This document shows, one piece after another, positions 13,205-27,050 of a DNA stretch of 64,000 nt (position 1 is its first letter; each line of letters opens with the position of its first letter). Location of the stretch: contig JAQFVV010000002.1 of NCBI GenBank assembly GCA_028023455.1, positions 13,702,001 to 13,766,000 of the forward strand, written 5' to 3'. The notes beneath the pieces were generated by a model. That model had not been told where the DNA came from and did no database searches. It was given only the letters and a program-made list of their open reading frames with translations. Origin of the DNA: Epiperipatus broadwayi. Its lineage: Eukaryota; Animalia; Onychophora. A program made the translations under genes and the position numbers.

Positions 13205-15639
13205 CAAAATTTGTACTACATGGCACACAATAACATAGTATATGTGCAAAAATATATATAATAGTTAAAAGGAAAATTAGAAATAAACACAACCCAGAAA
13301 TTTTGTAGATATTTTCTATATTTCCCTGGAATAAAATCACAATAAAAAATTAAATAATTTTGAATAAAATTTTATTATAAATTAAACATTTAAAAATTTC
13401 TAATAAATATTTTTATTGAATTCTGATTTTGAAATTAAGACAAGCATATTTTATGACAATAGGTCTACTAATAATTATAAATATTTCTATTAATCTATTT
13501 TTGAAATTTTTTAATTAATTGTTGTGTAAATTTTTGAACAAAACTCTATGAATTTTGAAATTTTTGCAGATACTATTTTGATAAAATTCAAAGTTGTTTT
13601 CAAAAGAAGTAGAGAGATAAGAAAAACCAGTTTTTAATTAATGTATTTTTGTCACTCCACCTGACTATAAAAAGGGTGGATAAAAAGATTAGAGTTAGCT
13701 GCACTAGTTGTTTTTCCCAAAAGTGAGTAAGAGTTGGATTTTGGTTTCTAGAGTTATACAAATAATTACCATGAATGAGATGTCACTGAAGTCAAGACAG
13801 TAGATCCAGCAGCAGGCTACTAGTTCACTATGCTGAAATTCAGATGCATCTAGAATAAAGACCCAACTTCTTTATTTTCTATGATCAATATAGTATTAGA
13901 TGGCTGGATTAAAGTGTAAGTGGAACTGATTGAATGTCAACAGTTACCTGATTATACTTTTCTCAATGATGACAATCCCAGACTGGCTCTTATCAAGAGA
14001 AACTATCAGCTAGTTGAAGAATTAGTTATACATATGCTGTTTAAGCACAGATAAATATAGACATATGAAGCACATCTGGTGGTGAGTAACATTATATATA
14101 ATGAGAATGAAATTTTAAATAATTTCTTTGGTTTAATATGACATTTTAAAAGTGAGATATATAATTGAGAATGATATTATTTTAAATTGTTTATTGAAGA
14201 AAAAAAACATTTAAAATCTATATTTTAAATTTAAAGATATTTATAATTAATCAATCAACAATAATTCTGTCAAGACCGATTTTATTTTTTTAAAAAAGGA
14301 AAAAGAAAAAACTTTTATTGATTATAAACATGGCTAATTATTAATTGTAATTGATATCTACATTTTTATATATACTCACATATGTGTGAATTTTACGTAT
14401 ATTTTCCAAATGGAATTAATTATGAAAGATATTAATAATTTTATTAACTTGACAAATTCAAATAGGTTAATAAATTATACTGTCCATCTATGTGCATAGC
14501 ATATCAATACATGTCAGGTAGACACATTTATGTAAAAATTATTTTTTAATTAAATGACAATTCAAATATATTCATTAATAGTATACTGCACATCTGTGTG
14601 CTGATATATATATATATATATATGTATTTTATATAAACCTAGTATAGATAAATTTTAAACATTTATTATATTTTTATATGATGATTCAAATATGTCCAGA
14701 AATTGTACCACATGTCTGTGTTCATATATATATATAGGTGTTGTATATTGGAACATATATGTAAATGGCAATGTAATAAATTGAATTTTGTTTTTATATT
14801 TATCAAACATATATGTAAATTTGAATCATTTTTTATTGTTAAATGACAATTCAAATACATTTATACCATACATATGTGTACATATATATATATATGTTTT
14901 TATGAAAATAAATCACAGTGTGATAGTGCTTTTGTACATTAATCAAAATCAATAGGCTTAAATTAAATGGGTATAAGCATATTCTAGAGAGCTTAATGTA
15001 ACTTTTTTATAATTAATAAACTTGTATGTCATTGTTAAAATTATTCCAGTGAACTTAATTCTAAAGTTTTAGAATATTATATGTTGTATCATCTCTTGAC
15101 CACAGTAACAGTTATAGAGCTTATGTTCTCTGAGCTAGATTAATACATAATGGTCTATTATATGAAAGAGGAGTGTATTAGTGTATGGGCATCCAGTGAT
15201 GATGATCAATGATGATAATGGCATCCTTTTGGCACAAAGGGTATATTCTTTAAAGCCCTTGTACTACATTTTATTTTAGTTTAGTCTCTATTAGAATTTA
15301 AGTTTATAATTGGTCAGTACATTAATGGTAGTAAGTGGCCAGAGCATTGATGATGATCAGCATGTTTTAATATTACAGCATTATTGTTTTTATGGCTGTA
15401 TATTCTATGAATTAGCACTCAAGTTTGTGCTTCCAAATTAATGTTTAAATAATTGTCCAAGCTGGCGATGGTTAAATAGTTGGCCTAGTCTATAGTAGAC
15501 CCATTTCAAATTCAGTCACAAGATTGACTGTTAATTTATTTTGATTGTTGATCATTCATAATGATGAATGACTTATACTTATTTTTAATACTGGTGAATT
15601 TATTTAATTATAGTTACTCTAGTGAGTTAATTGGGCTGA

Positions 15640-16640
15640 TGTCTTAATTTTCTGATTAAAAGCATTTATATGTTCCTTAATTCTGACATTTATTCATCTA
15701 TTTGACTGGCCTACATAGCTTCTTGAGAACTCCAAACATGGAATTTCATAAACCCCCAGTGTTCCAAAAATACTCTGTCTTTACATTTGTGTAAAAAATC
15801 ACCAATTTTCTTGCCAGTAGAAAAAGTTGTCTTTATATTAAAAAAAAAATCTACTTTATAATGATTATAATAGAAACATCATATGTAAGGCTTTACATAG
15901 CACTGATGCTAAAGGGAAAAAAGAGGATAGAATTGACAATTCATTTTATAATAGAGTAGTTTTATCTTATATTAAATAAGTTACTGATAAGATCAGTAGA
16001 AGACTATCTAGTTTTAATATAAAGACAACTTTTTCTACTAGCAAGAAAATTGGTGATTTTTTTACACAAACCTAAAGACAGAATATTTTTGGAACACCAA
16101 GGGGTTTATGAAATTCCATGTTTGCAGTGCTCAAGAAGCTATGTAGGCCAGTCTAATAGATGAATAAATATTAGAATTAAGGAACATATAAATGCTTTTA
16201 ATCAGAAAATTGAGACATCAGTTTTTACTTCCCATGTTTTAGGAATTGGTCACAAATCTGATTTTGACAATGCAAAAATACTTGCTAATTTGGAAAGGTA
16301 TGATTTAAGAACCATGAGAGAGTCAACTGAAATATTAAAGTGACTATTGGTTTAAATAGGGCTGATTTCTGATGAAGCACAACATATTCTAGCTATGTAA
16401 AAACCTCTCATTTTATCTCAGTCTTCTAATATTAACTTAAAATTAATAGGTGAAAAAACTGAAGGAAATAAACATTTTGATAAGCCTCATATTTTGAATA
16501 CTGAACTACTTCTAGTTGAATCTCATTTCGCATCTCACACTCAGTCACATTACTGTTTGAGATCTAATGATTTTTCTTTCGAAAGTTAACCTTGACAATG
16601 GTGGATGCTAGTTTGTTGAAATATTGGTATGTAATGGAAA
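15640..16640 (+). mobile_element. PLE GIY-YIG fragment with inverted partial copy and degenerate hammerhead-like end
   Basis: 16010-16350 reads KGVYEIPCLQCSRSYVGQ...IRIKEH...HKSDFDNAKIL. 15640-15840 is its reverse complement. cttgacaatggtgg...ttgaaatattggt at ~16590. Confidence 0.85.
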
Positions 16641-17099
16641 ATAACACACAGTTTAGCCCGAAAAATAATAATTTATTATATATATCATATTTCATTTGTT
16701 ATGTGTAATTCTATAAACAATTTGCCTGCATTTTTGCACATTTAGACATATTTATTTTTAATTGGGAAGTCTATATTTTTCTTATTCTTATTAATATTAT
16801 CATTCATTTTTGTATTGCATAGCCATTTTCTCAAAGATTTACTATTTTTCTATTCTACATTTATTTCATTTTTTAACTTATAGTTACTCAAAATTTCATA
16901 TACTTTCTTTGAATATGATATTGAAATCTATTTTTCTCCTATATCTAATTTTTCTTTCTGCCTTCATTATTTCTATTTCTAATATTTGAAATGTTATTAA
17001 TTATCCCTTTATTATAGACTATTTCAATATAGCTTTTTATAATTTCCAATTTTTGATTATATGCCTCTTTTTTATTTAAACAAAGTCTATCATAATTTT

Positions 17100-19200
17100 T
17101 TCAACATAGCTATTTTTGAAACCATGGCTAGAATGACCCAGAATCAGTTATTTCTCTTTTATTTTTCTCTTTAATAAAATGTTTTATATTTTAATCCTTT
17201 TTCTTTTTTTTCTGTAGTAAATCTAATATTGTATCATGATACTTCTACTATTCCTAATTATATAATAAACATATGTACAATATTGTAAAATTTCTTTACT
17301 GTTAATATATTTATCAATTACCATTTCCTCAATAAAATCAACACATAACCAATGACATAATACCATGTATAGAACATCCCATAACCCATCCTTTTTTAAT
17401 TTTCCAGAAATCCATTTTGTATTTAAAATATGTTTTGTTTATCATTTTAATGGTTTCTTGATAACCTTAAACCACTTATCTGAAAGCTTATTACTCTCTT
17501 TAATTCTACTAATAACTATTTTAATACTATCCTTTCTTGGAACACTGGTACATTTTTTCCAATATCAAGTGAAGCATTATAATACCATTTCTGTTCAATT
17601 TCACTAAATTTAATTTAACCACAATATCTTCAGAATTCTTGATGCAGTATTTACCAAATCCAATATTATTATCAAATTTTTTATATATTATATTACATAA
17701 ATCCCCCAAAATGTAATTATTAACATCTAAAACAAGTCTCACAGGCATATTTTATTTTTGGGATTTATATAATATATAAAAAATTTGATAATAATATTAG
17801 ATTTGGTAAATACTGCATTAAGAATTCTAAAGATATTATGGTTAAATTAAATTTAATGAAATTGAATAGAAATTGTATTATTAATTCATTTGATATTGGA
17901 AAAATGTATCAGAATATTCCAAGAAAAAATAGTATTAAGAAAGTAATAAGTTTTTGGATAAGTGGATTAAGATTATTGAGGAAGCATTAGAAATTACAAA
18001 TGAGTCATTATATTTTAAATACAATAGTCAATAATATGGTTAAAAATACATATATACAAGCAACAAAGATTACAAATTATAAAATTATCATAGAAAAGCC
18101 TTTTTTGGCAAATTATGTTTTTTGCTCTTTTCAGTATGTCTCCAGAATATCATGATTTAAAGTACATACAGTGACATCTATATTAATACATGAGAGAAGA
18201 CAGATAAACAAATGGTTATCCGACACGATCTTATATGTGATTTTTTTTTCAATCCTACTACAAAATTACTGTTATATATATTGAATGGATATATATCCAC
18301 AAATATTAATTAATTAACTATCCATTCTTTATCCATTAACCACTTATTATTCAATTTAATGGATGTTTTGTATATATTCATACAGTTGTTTTAATTATAC
18401 ATGATATAGTTTGTTTCATATATTTTACATCAATTAACATTTTTAATATAGTGTATAACACTTATATTATCAATACAATTTATTTTATGTCTGTATTGCA
18501 AATAATGAACATATAACGCAGGTCTATCATCATTCCTAGCACTAGCATCATTGTGTCCTTTAGCTCTTTCTCCCAATTGCTTTGCCGTCTGGCCATAGTA
18601 AACCATATTACAAAAATTACATCTAATTTTATAAGCCATTCCTCTCTTATATTTTATATCATCTTTCATCCTACAATTAGTTATCAATTTATCTATTTGT
18701 TTATCCATTTGTTTATCTGTATTCTCTCATGTATTGATATAGATGTCACTGTATGTACTTTAAATCGGGATATTCTGGAGATATATTGAAACGGGCAAAA
18801 AACATAATTTTCCAAAAAAGGCTTTTCTATTATAATTTTATAATTTGTAATCTTTGTTGCTTGTATATATGTATTTTTAAGCATATTATTGACTATTGTG
18901 TACTTGAAGTGCAACATAAAAAAAGAATTGGTTTTAATTCTGATTCTTTTTCTGTATAGTAATTTTAAATACAAAATGGATTTCTGAAAATTGTAAAAAG
19001 GATAAATTATGGGATATTCTGTTAGTAATATTATGTCATCAATTATGGTTGATTTTATTTAAGAAATGATAATTGATAAATATATTAACAATAAAGAAAT
19101 TTTACAATATTATAAATATGTTGATGACATAATTATAATTGGAAATAGTACAAGTACTGTGAATACATTAATTAAAGAATGTTAAAAAATAGATAGAAAA
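17100..19200. mobile_element. Rearranged PLE (RT + GIY-YIG) with several internal inversions
   Basis: Minus ORF 18430-18708 AYKIRCNFCNMVYYGQT (GIY-YIG). KYVDDIII on + at ~19113. Inverted pairs ~17590-17760/17770-17990, 18000-18215/18690-18910, 17200-17450/18960-19180. Confidence 0.8.
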
Positions 19201-19949
19201 GAGATAAGTAAAAATTGTTTTTTGATTTAGATTTTATTTTTGATTATTTTTCTAAAATTTTCATGTTTTATTACTAATTGCAAATTTAAATTAAGTTATA
19301 GACTTTAACTTGTATAAACGATATACAGATGCATTCCTGAAAATGCTAGTAATTGAAATAATTTGGAAATTTTTGTATACAATTGATTCAAATGTATAAA
19401 AAAAGTTTTTATAAAAAAAGGAAGTAGTTTTAGAACATTATTTGATGAATGAAGTTTTTTTTTAAAAAGTAATATTGTATTATATTTTTATTTAATTTAT
19501 TGTTAAAAATGATTGTGAAAGTTTTAATATGTTTTCTAACGAATTTTAATTTCAATTCATTTCCATATGATGAAAATTAACAAAAATAATAGAAGCATTA
19601 GGTAATAATTTATGCTAATCAAATATATGTAATAAATAATATTTAAATAAATTTGAATGTTAAATTCAAAACCATTTTTATGATAAATGAACAATAATTT
19701 TTAGGAACAACTCCTTGGGAAAATGGCTGACAATATTTGAAATTGTAAGGCAAATTATGGACAGTTTTCTTAACACTAGCATATTTTTTTGGCCAGTTTG
19801 GAGAAAAAAATAACTGCAAACTGCAGTAAGATTTTGGATACTTGGTTAAATTTAAAAATGTTTTTCTTGAATTACATTTAAATTTGAATATTTTAATTTA
19901 TATATATATAATTCTTGGACTTTGTACATTTATTTATCTAGTGCATAGA

Positions 19950-21830
19950 TTTTTTTTTGTTTGTAGACAGCTTAACTATTAATAAAATATCATAAAGGAA
20001 TTTAGAGATTCTAACTAGGCAATAGATTCACTCATACCTTTATTAAAATTTTCAATTTTGTCACTGTAACTTAAGATTTGATAGTCACTAATTATATTCT
20101 TTGTGGATTGTGAAGCAGTTGGGCTTCATTACCATGGTTTGTGCTAGTTGATGAAATTTCAGTTTTTTATATGAAGATCAAATCCAATTGGCTTTATTAT
20201 TAAATCTGTAAAAAGAAATTTGTTTGACACTTTAAGAATTCTTATTTTTATATCATAATTCTTTGATTGCAAATTCTTTTAAATATCCAAAAACAGTATC
20301 TTAATTTGAGATAGGTCTTCGGTGGTGAAACTATATCTCGAGTCATTAGTAAGTCTGATCTACTTAACAGTTTTTATATATTTTCTACGAAATGATCTGA
20401 GTGTACAAAAAATATTTCTCATGGTAGTATTTAATTGAAGGTCCAGAAATTTAATATGGGAATATTTATCAGCAGAATAAGAATATGTTAATATTAAGGA
20501 AGTATCCATAAAGTACTTGATTCACAATCTCAAATACTGCCATCCAGCTTTTCAATGAGCTATACTTAAAAATTAACTTTGATCTAACATTAGATAAGTG
20601 AGGGAAATAAGTTATGCTGTGATACAAGATTATACTTACATTATAAAATATTTCCCCGCTTTTTAGATGAAAAATTGAGCATTCTATTTTCATTGGATTA
20701 GAAATAAAATCCAAGTCTTTAAAAACAATATCTAATATTTTCATATTCTTGTTGGGATACTTTTATGAAAAAGATCTTTTTGAAAAGTCAATGCAATATA
20801 TTGTCATCAGCTCAGATAAATTTCCATTATTCTATTTCTGAAATATCATTGAGAAATAGAACTGAATCCTGTAACAGTCCATTCTATAAAATTTTGTATT
20901 TCCTTTAATTATCATTTAGTATCATTAGAATTTTTCTATTGGAGAACATTTTGTTAAGTAAATTAATGATTTTCACGTATTTAAAAATTTTAATAACTCT
21001 AGAAAATCTTTCCAAAGAAAATCATAAGGTAGAATTAGATCAACAAAGTTATTATCAGCTTTTAATTTATTTTGAGTCTCTTTTTTAATACGAGTTGTTC
21101 ATGATAAAATCTGTTCATAGCAGTTTTTTTCTGACCTATATCCAGTTTTCTCTATAGATCAACAATTCTCAGAAATTGGAAAAAATTATTTTTAATGTGA
21201 TATTTTTTCAGTTTATAAAAAAATACCTACTTATGATATTGAGTTTTTGAATCATAATTAGGTTTATTTGTTTTTAAGGTGGCTATAGTTTTGCTTTTAC
21301 GTCAAATTTTTGGATTAGTTTTTATATTCATAATGTTGCTGATTAGTTTTGTTAACTATACTTTGACTTTAGGTTTTAAATTTTTTTAAAACTCTGGAAG
21401 TATATTATCTTTTTCTGGGACAATCCAGAAGCAAGTTAAAATTCATCAATAGCTATAAGTTTTATCAGGTATGTATTAGAGAAACATTATGAAAAAGAAG
21501 CTCCAATGCCCTAATGATACTTTTTTCATTCTATTAATACTGAGTTTAGAAATCCAATATATAAGATCAGAAAATTCACTATCAGTGAGAATATTAATTT
21601 TTTAGAGGTATTTTTACATCCAACAAGCGTTTATAAAAGTTATTAGGTCTTATAATTATAATTTGTAAAATTTTGTTTCTCCATGGTCTTTTTCCATGTT
21701 TGTTTCCTGATTTCCAGTGATTTTTCAAGTTTGTTAATTTTACTGTAGCCCATTTTGCAAGTTACTTGTATTCATATGTGAAGCCAATTGTCTCTACATA
21801 GAATCCAGATTCTGGTTAAAGATAGCAAAT
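19950..21830 (-). mobile_element. Highly decayed non-LTR retrotransposon RT region
   Basis: Minus-strand remnants FVDL..YD (~21040) and ADD (~20805); many stops; clade not assignable. Confidence 0.5.
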
Positions 21831-21848
21831 TATGAAACTTTATAAATA

Positions 21849-22661
21849 CACCTGGGTCTCATTTTATGTGGTAGATAGGTTCCTCAGAAAATGCGACAAA
21901 AGAAATCGCACAAAAATAGAGTTATCTTGAAAAATGGGGGATAGGTTCTGTAATTTTCAGAAATTGCATAAAAGCAAAGCAACAAGAAAAATTATTTTAA
22001 AATTTGCATTAAAAAAATAAGAAAACAAAGTATGACTAATAAAAAATTTCAAATATTTGAAAAAAATTAATAGAAGACAAACTTTTTTTTTATTAACTAC
22101 AGTATTTAATTTTACATTTTTTATATATATTTTAATCATTACTGCTATTTGACAATATGCATTTATTTGTGAACTGGTAAGAAATCAGATTTGTGATGTG
22201 ATGTACAACTAGTGCCACTTTCAGTCTTATGGTTTTCTGTTTCTATATTAAAAAATGAGATCGCAATCAAAACAAAAAGATTATACATTATCATTAGAAA
22301 GATTATTTTCATTTTACAAAATTAAAAAATTATTTATTTCTGTTATATCTAACAAAATACATTTTAAAAGTTTATATTTATTGTGATATTTTTATACATA
22401 AGTATAAATCTATTATTTACTCATTAGTATAAGTAGATTATTTACATAGAAGCTAAGATTCTAAATATAGCTTCAAGCCATATTCATATTAGCTGCTAAT
22501 ATAACATATTTTTTTTTAAAAAAGTATTTCAAGTCAAATTAAGTTATTAATAATTTAAATTTCTTGATATCTAATAAATATAGTGAAATATATTAAGAAG
22601 AAACATGAATTGCATTTCTTCAAATTGCATAAAATAATCCGCATAAAATGAGACCCAGGTG
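21849..22661. mobile_element. Tc1/mariner (pogo/Tigger-like) MITE
   Basis: TIRs CACCTGGGTCTCATTTTATG / CATAAAATGAGACCCAGGTG flanked by TA on both sides. Confidence 0.85.
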
Positions 22662-23582
22662 TATACAAAAAAGTGCTTTTAAACTATAATTTACATTAAA
22701 CATCTAATCACTATTAATTACTTGATTAATTTTAAAAGGTTTTAATAAACATGAATAAATAAATAAATATAATTAATTACATTTATATACAATTTTTTAA
22801 AAATAAAAAATAAAATTAGAGATTGTGAAATTAAATTACATATTTTTATTTTTATTTTATATTATTGTAAATTGACTTTCTAGTACTAAAGTTATGATAA
22901 AAAAAAACTTACTATTTATATTTTAAATTGAACTTAGCACTTTTGGAACCTTCTTGGTATCATATTCATAGCACTGAATTATAGATAGGAGAGTAGGGTA
23001 AGTTTATTTAAATTTATTTAAATGAGCTCAATGGATTAAATAGCCCATGTTTTTGAGAAAGGAAACAGGATTCCTTGTTGTTAATGGAGTTGGGGTCATT
23101 GGTGATGTGCTATGTCTCTTTAATCTTGCAATTGACATTATTTCTTTCAATACATGTGATGCTAGCTACTATGGGCTCAAATACATGAACAAGGGTATCT
23201 TGATGTTCAAGGAATATGGATCACTAAACTGGGTTGCTTCTGATCCTTTTGTACAGGTATTGGTGTTGTGATAGCTTTGTGGTAAGGTTATAGCATGATT
23301 TTCCATAGTACACATTGTTGCTTTCTAACTTGGGTGCATGTGATCTTGTAGACTGTGTAGGATGTTTAGGATGTTTGTTCTATGGGGAGTTTGTCTTTAG
23401 AGTTTATCATTCTATTTACTGAGAGAAGAGTGTAAAATTTAACTTGATGTGATTCAGAACCAATTTTAGTGATATTTCTAGTATAAAGGATTTGAACTCA
23501 GATTTCAAGCACCCTTCACTATCCACACTATCTCATACAACTGACACATATGACCACACACATGTAGAAAAGATTAATAATC

Positions 23583-23626
23583 ACCAATATACGGATTTCG
23601 TGATAAACCAGCACTCATCAGTCGGT
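23583..23626 (-). ncRNA. Minimal type I hammerhead ribozyme motif, family A copy 1 (core intact)
   Basis: ACCGA CTGATGA GTG-ctggtttat-CAC GAAA TCCGTAT A TTGGT. Confidence 0.8.
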
Positions 23627-24060
23627 CCATACTATCATCGCTCACACACATATATATAATCAATGCTCAGTTTATATTAAGATAGCAAATCTTCATACTT
23701 TAATGGAAAGGCTTCAATCCACTACAACCTCAAACTTTTCAGCCATCCATATCATTGAAAATCTGATGATGAAAACTCAAATCCTATGCTGATGCTAATA
23801 TTATTGCCATGCTCATGTTGATCTGAAGTCACTCTGACCCCTCATGTATAGGACAGTATCCATTAAATACATATAAGAGGGATGGACAGGATACAAGCTT
23901 AATATGTAAATATTTGAAACCAGGCACTCTTCACAAACCTGGGAGCTTAATTGTAAGTATAGAAGATTTGAACTCAGATATTCAAGCACCCTTCAACTAT
24001 CCACACTATCTCATACAACTGATACATATGACCACACACATGTAGAAAAGATTAATAATC

Positions 24061-24104
24061 ACCAATATACGTATTTCATGCTAAACCAGCACTCATTAGT
24101 TGGC
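24061..24104 (-). ncRNA. Hammerhead family A copy 2 (CTAATGA core mutation)
   Basis: GCCAA CTAATGA GTGCT ggttt AGCAT GAAA TACGTAT A TTGGT; palindromic stem III ATACGTAT. Confidence 0.7.
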
Positions 24105-24137
24105 CCATACTATCATGTGTGAGAAATGATAGTATGG

Positions 24138-24181
24138 ACCAACTGATGAGTGCTGGTTTAGCACAAAATACATGTATTGGT
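24138..24181 (+). ncRNA. Hammerhead family A copy 3 (GAAA>AAAA)
   Basis: ACCAA CTGATGA GTGCT ggttt AGCAC AAAA TACATGT A TTGGT. Confidence 0.7.
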
Positions 24182-26137
24182 GATTATTAATCTTTTCTAC
24201 ATGGGTGTGGTCATATGTATCAGTTGTATGAGATAGTGTGGATAGTTGAAGGGTGCTTGAAAATCTGAGTTCAAATCCTCTATACTTACAATTAAGCTCC
24301 CAGGTTTGTGAAGAGTGCCTGGTTTCAAATATTTGATATTTCTAGTTATTTTTGAGGTATATGGAAGCAATATCTGTGGCTTGTCAATAATTGGAGGAGT
24401 ACTAGAAAGTCAATTTACATTGTCAAAGAAAAGTTATAACACAGAGCCCTATTATTGTATAAAATAAGAAAATATAATGATAACAGTTGTTTGTTTTGGT
24501 TGTTTAATAGTGTGCTAGCAATGATCAAAAAAACTTCATGTAACTGTATAAGTGTCTGGTGAGAGAACCAATAGATTTAGTCCCTAATTTTAATAATTAA
24601 TTTTATTGATAAAAAGTGGTTGGATTTTAGGAGAAATGAAATTAAAGCAAAATAGCCCCTTAGAAACCACAGAATAAAGATAATATACATCATGACAAAT
24701 ATTTGGTTAAAATTCCTTATAATTTTAATTCACACATTTAACAATAATATATTAGAATGTAAAATGAAAGTATGTGATGTTCGGTATTTTTTAAAAATAC
24801 AATGTCAAATTAAGAAATGTTTAACTATGTCTTAATCTTGGCTAAAAATCATGTGGCATAAATATATGCCAATTTCATTTTATTTTGATAAACAAAATAT
24901 TAAAGGAAGAGCATTGAAATTAATTTTAATTTGAACAATCCAATTATTTTGTTTTAAGAAATCAAAGATGAACTTTCTAATAATTAGATAGCTAGTGAAA
25001 AGTAGCACTGAATTAATAATCAGATATATCATTATGCATACAACACAATATTTAATTTTGTTTGAGAGTGAGTTTGATCTGATTTTAATATATTTAGTTA
25101 GAACATTAATTATATCTTTAATGAATTATTAAATGAAATTGGTGGGATATCTGCAGATGAAATGAAAGGGCTGGAAGATTTTATTACTGGAGTGTAGTAA
25201 GTTATTTTAGGGAAGATGAACATATTGATGAGTAAAAATTTTGTATGAATGAAAAATGTTTTTAGAAGGAATTAGGATTATGAGATCATTTACTTAATAA
25301 ATGTATTTGAATCTTTGGGCAATCTGAGTAAAAAGAGGATTGATAGTTCAATAAAAGTCCTTGAAACATGAAATTTGTAGAACAAAATTTGGGGATCTTT
25401 CCATTCAATATAGTCTGAACTTAATGATTTAATATAATATTAGTAATTGAGATAAAGGATAAGAATAATGAATTAATAGACTATTGAGAGAAGTTTGAAG
25501 ATAGTAAGTAAATTAAAAGCTAAGGAGATAACTAGCTATATGGTGGTAAGTTCTGATTTGCTGCTTTCCCTAATGTGTTCTATTATAATTTAAATAGTGT
25601 GATTTCAAATTAATTGAATTTATAAAATTTGAAATAGAATTATGCATTGAATATTATACTCGATTAAAAATTCTACAAATTATTATTAGGAAAAAAATTT
25701 GTACATGATGAAGAAAGAATTTTCTTGTTGAGAAAAAGAACAAGCGAAAAAATTGAGGATAATGATGACTTTGCAACTTGGCTTTGGACAGATAATATAT
25801 TTTTGATATTGTGCTCTCTCCTATGATTAATAAAAAATCATTTTCAGTAATCAAGGTATCAATGTTTTGAGTTTAAACCCTTGTGCCTAGCATATATATA
25901 TAGTCTTTCAGCCAGTAGTGGGAATTAGCAAGAAAGATTTTGATCAAAGCAATAATCACTTATACTGCTAGAGAATTATGAATTTTATACATGTCCTTCA
26001 ATATTTCAGTTAGTGATAAGTTTTTACTATATTGTAACAATGTGAATATATACATGGTACATAAGTATGTGTATATATACAAGTTTAATTATATTATTAA
26101 TAAATAGTTAAGATTTTACTTCATTAATACTTAAATA

Positions 26138-26507
26138 AATTAATATATATATATGTGCTCTGCGCACAGTTAATGAAGCTATTAATAAATTGTCAAAATT
26201 TTTACTGCCAAGCGCTTTCAGGACAGTCTACAGTCCCATATTCATTGGGAGTTATTCTGTTAATAACTGTAAAACTGTGCAAATTTTATGCAAATTTATA
26301 TGCAGATGATACATGGACCATTTACGAGATATAAATGGTCCACGTAACATCTGCATATAAATTTGCGTAGTTTTACAGTTATTAACAGAATAACTCACCA
26401 TGAATATGGGACTGTAGACTGTCCTGAAAGTGCTTGGCAGTAAAAATTTTGACAATTTATTAATAGCTTCATTAATTGTGTGCATAGCACATATATATAT
26501 ATTAATT
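26138..26507. repeat. ~370-bp hairpin made from a LINE RT fragment
   Basis: Arms meet at a 7-nt loop (26325-26331); left arm encodes NLYADDTWTI (YADD 26299-26310); (TA)n at both outer ends. Confidence 0.85.
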
Positions 26508-26947
26508 ATTAATAAAATAAGATTATTTTAATATTTTTTGTTCAAAAAAGGTTAAAAGAAAAAGTAAAAATCTAGGGATAACTTATCTTCCTTTTCTTTT
26601 CTGTATTTTAGTTTAATATATAATCCTTTTAAAAGTACTTTTAATTGAAAGCTACATATAACTGAAAACAAATTTGTACAAGATGTAATCAGTTTCTGGA
26701 TTTAAATTCCTGACTGATTAATTAACTAATTCTGTGTAATCAAAAATATATAATAAAAAATAAAATAAAAATTTAACTAATTAAAAAAGTTCAAATGAAT
26801 TGATATCATGGGCAATAATTCAAGTAGGGGGGGGGTTGGAGTGTAGAAATACTGAAATCACCTATTGTTTAGGGTCAAAAGAAAAAGAAAAGAAAGAACA
26901 GCAGCAGCAGAAAAAACAAAAAGCATAGAAGCAAAAGAAACTAAAAC

Positions 26948-27050
26948 AACTGAATCCAGCAGGATGAAACAATATTTATATGGTCATGTTGATAGAAAAC
27001 TGAATCCAGCAGGATGAAACAATATTTATATGGTCGTGTTGATAGAAAAA
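26948..27050 (+). repeat. ~52-bp tandem duplication
   Basis: aactgaatccagcaggatgaaacaatatttatatggtc(a/g)tgttgatagaaaa twice. Confidence 0.9.

Larger units (their letters stand above)
23483..24333 (-). mobile_element. Family A PLE-end insertion (tandem + inverted pseudo-LTRs), 13-bp TSD
   Basis: TSD tgatatttctagt at 23470-23482 and 24334-24346. Direct repeat 23500-23640/23975-24115 and hairpin ~23910-24115/24125-24333. Three hammerhead copies. Confidence 0.85.
22866..24419 (-). mobile_element. PLE endonuclease fragment with short inverted termini, host to the family A insertion
   Basis: 23460->23040 reads SKDKLPIEQ...VYKITC...YYGKS...KLSQHQY with frameshifts. 22-bp inverted ends tgtaaattgactttctagtact / agtactagaaagtcaatttaca. 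Confidence 0.7.

Noticed and set aside
13700-14090. Exon-like segment ending in gtgagt
   Set aside because: No open frame or recognisable homology; cannot be supported.
23762-23790. CTGATGA motif on the plus strand
   Set aside because: Antisense of GIY-YIG coding sequence; no stem II or GAAA geometry.
26948-27050. CRISPR-like array (also 7587-7722 and 9870-9975)
   Set aside because: Two-copy head-to-tail duplications with no spacers, in eukaryotic TE context.
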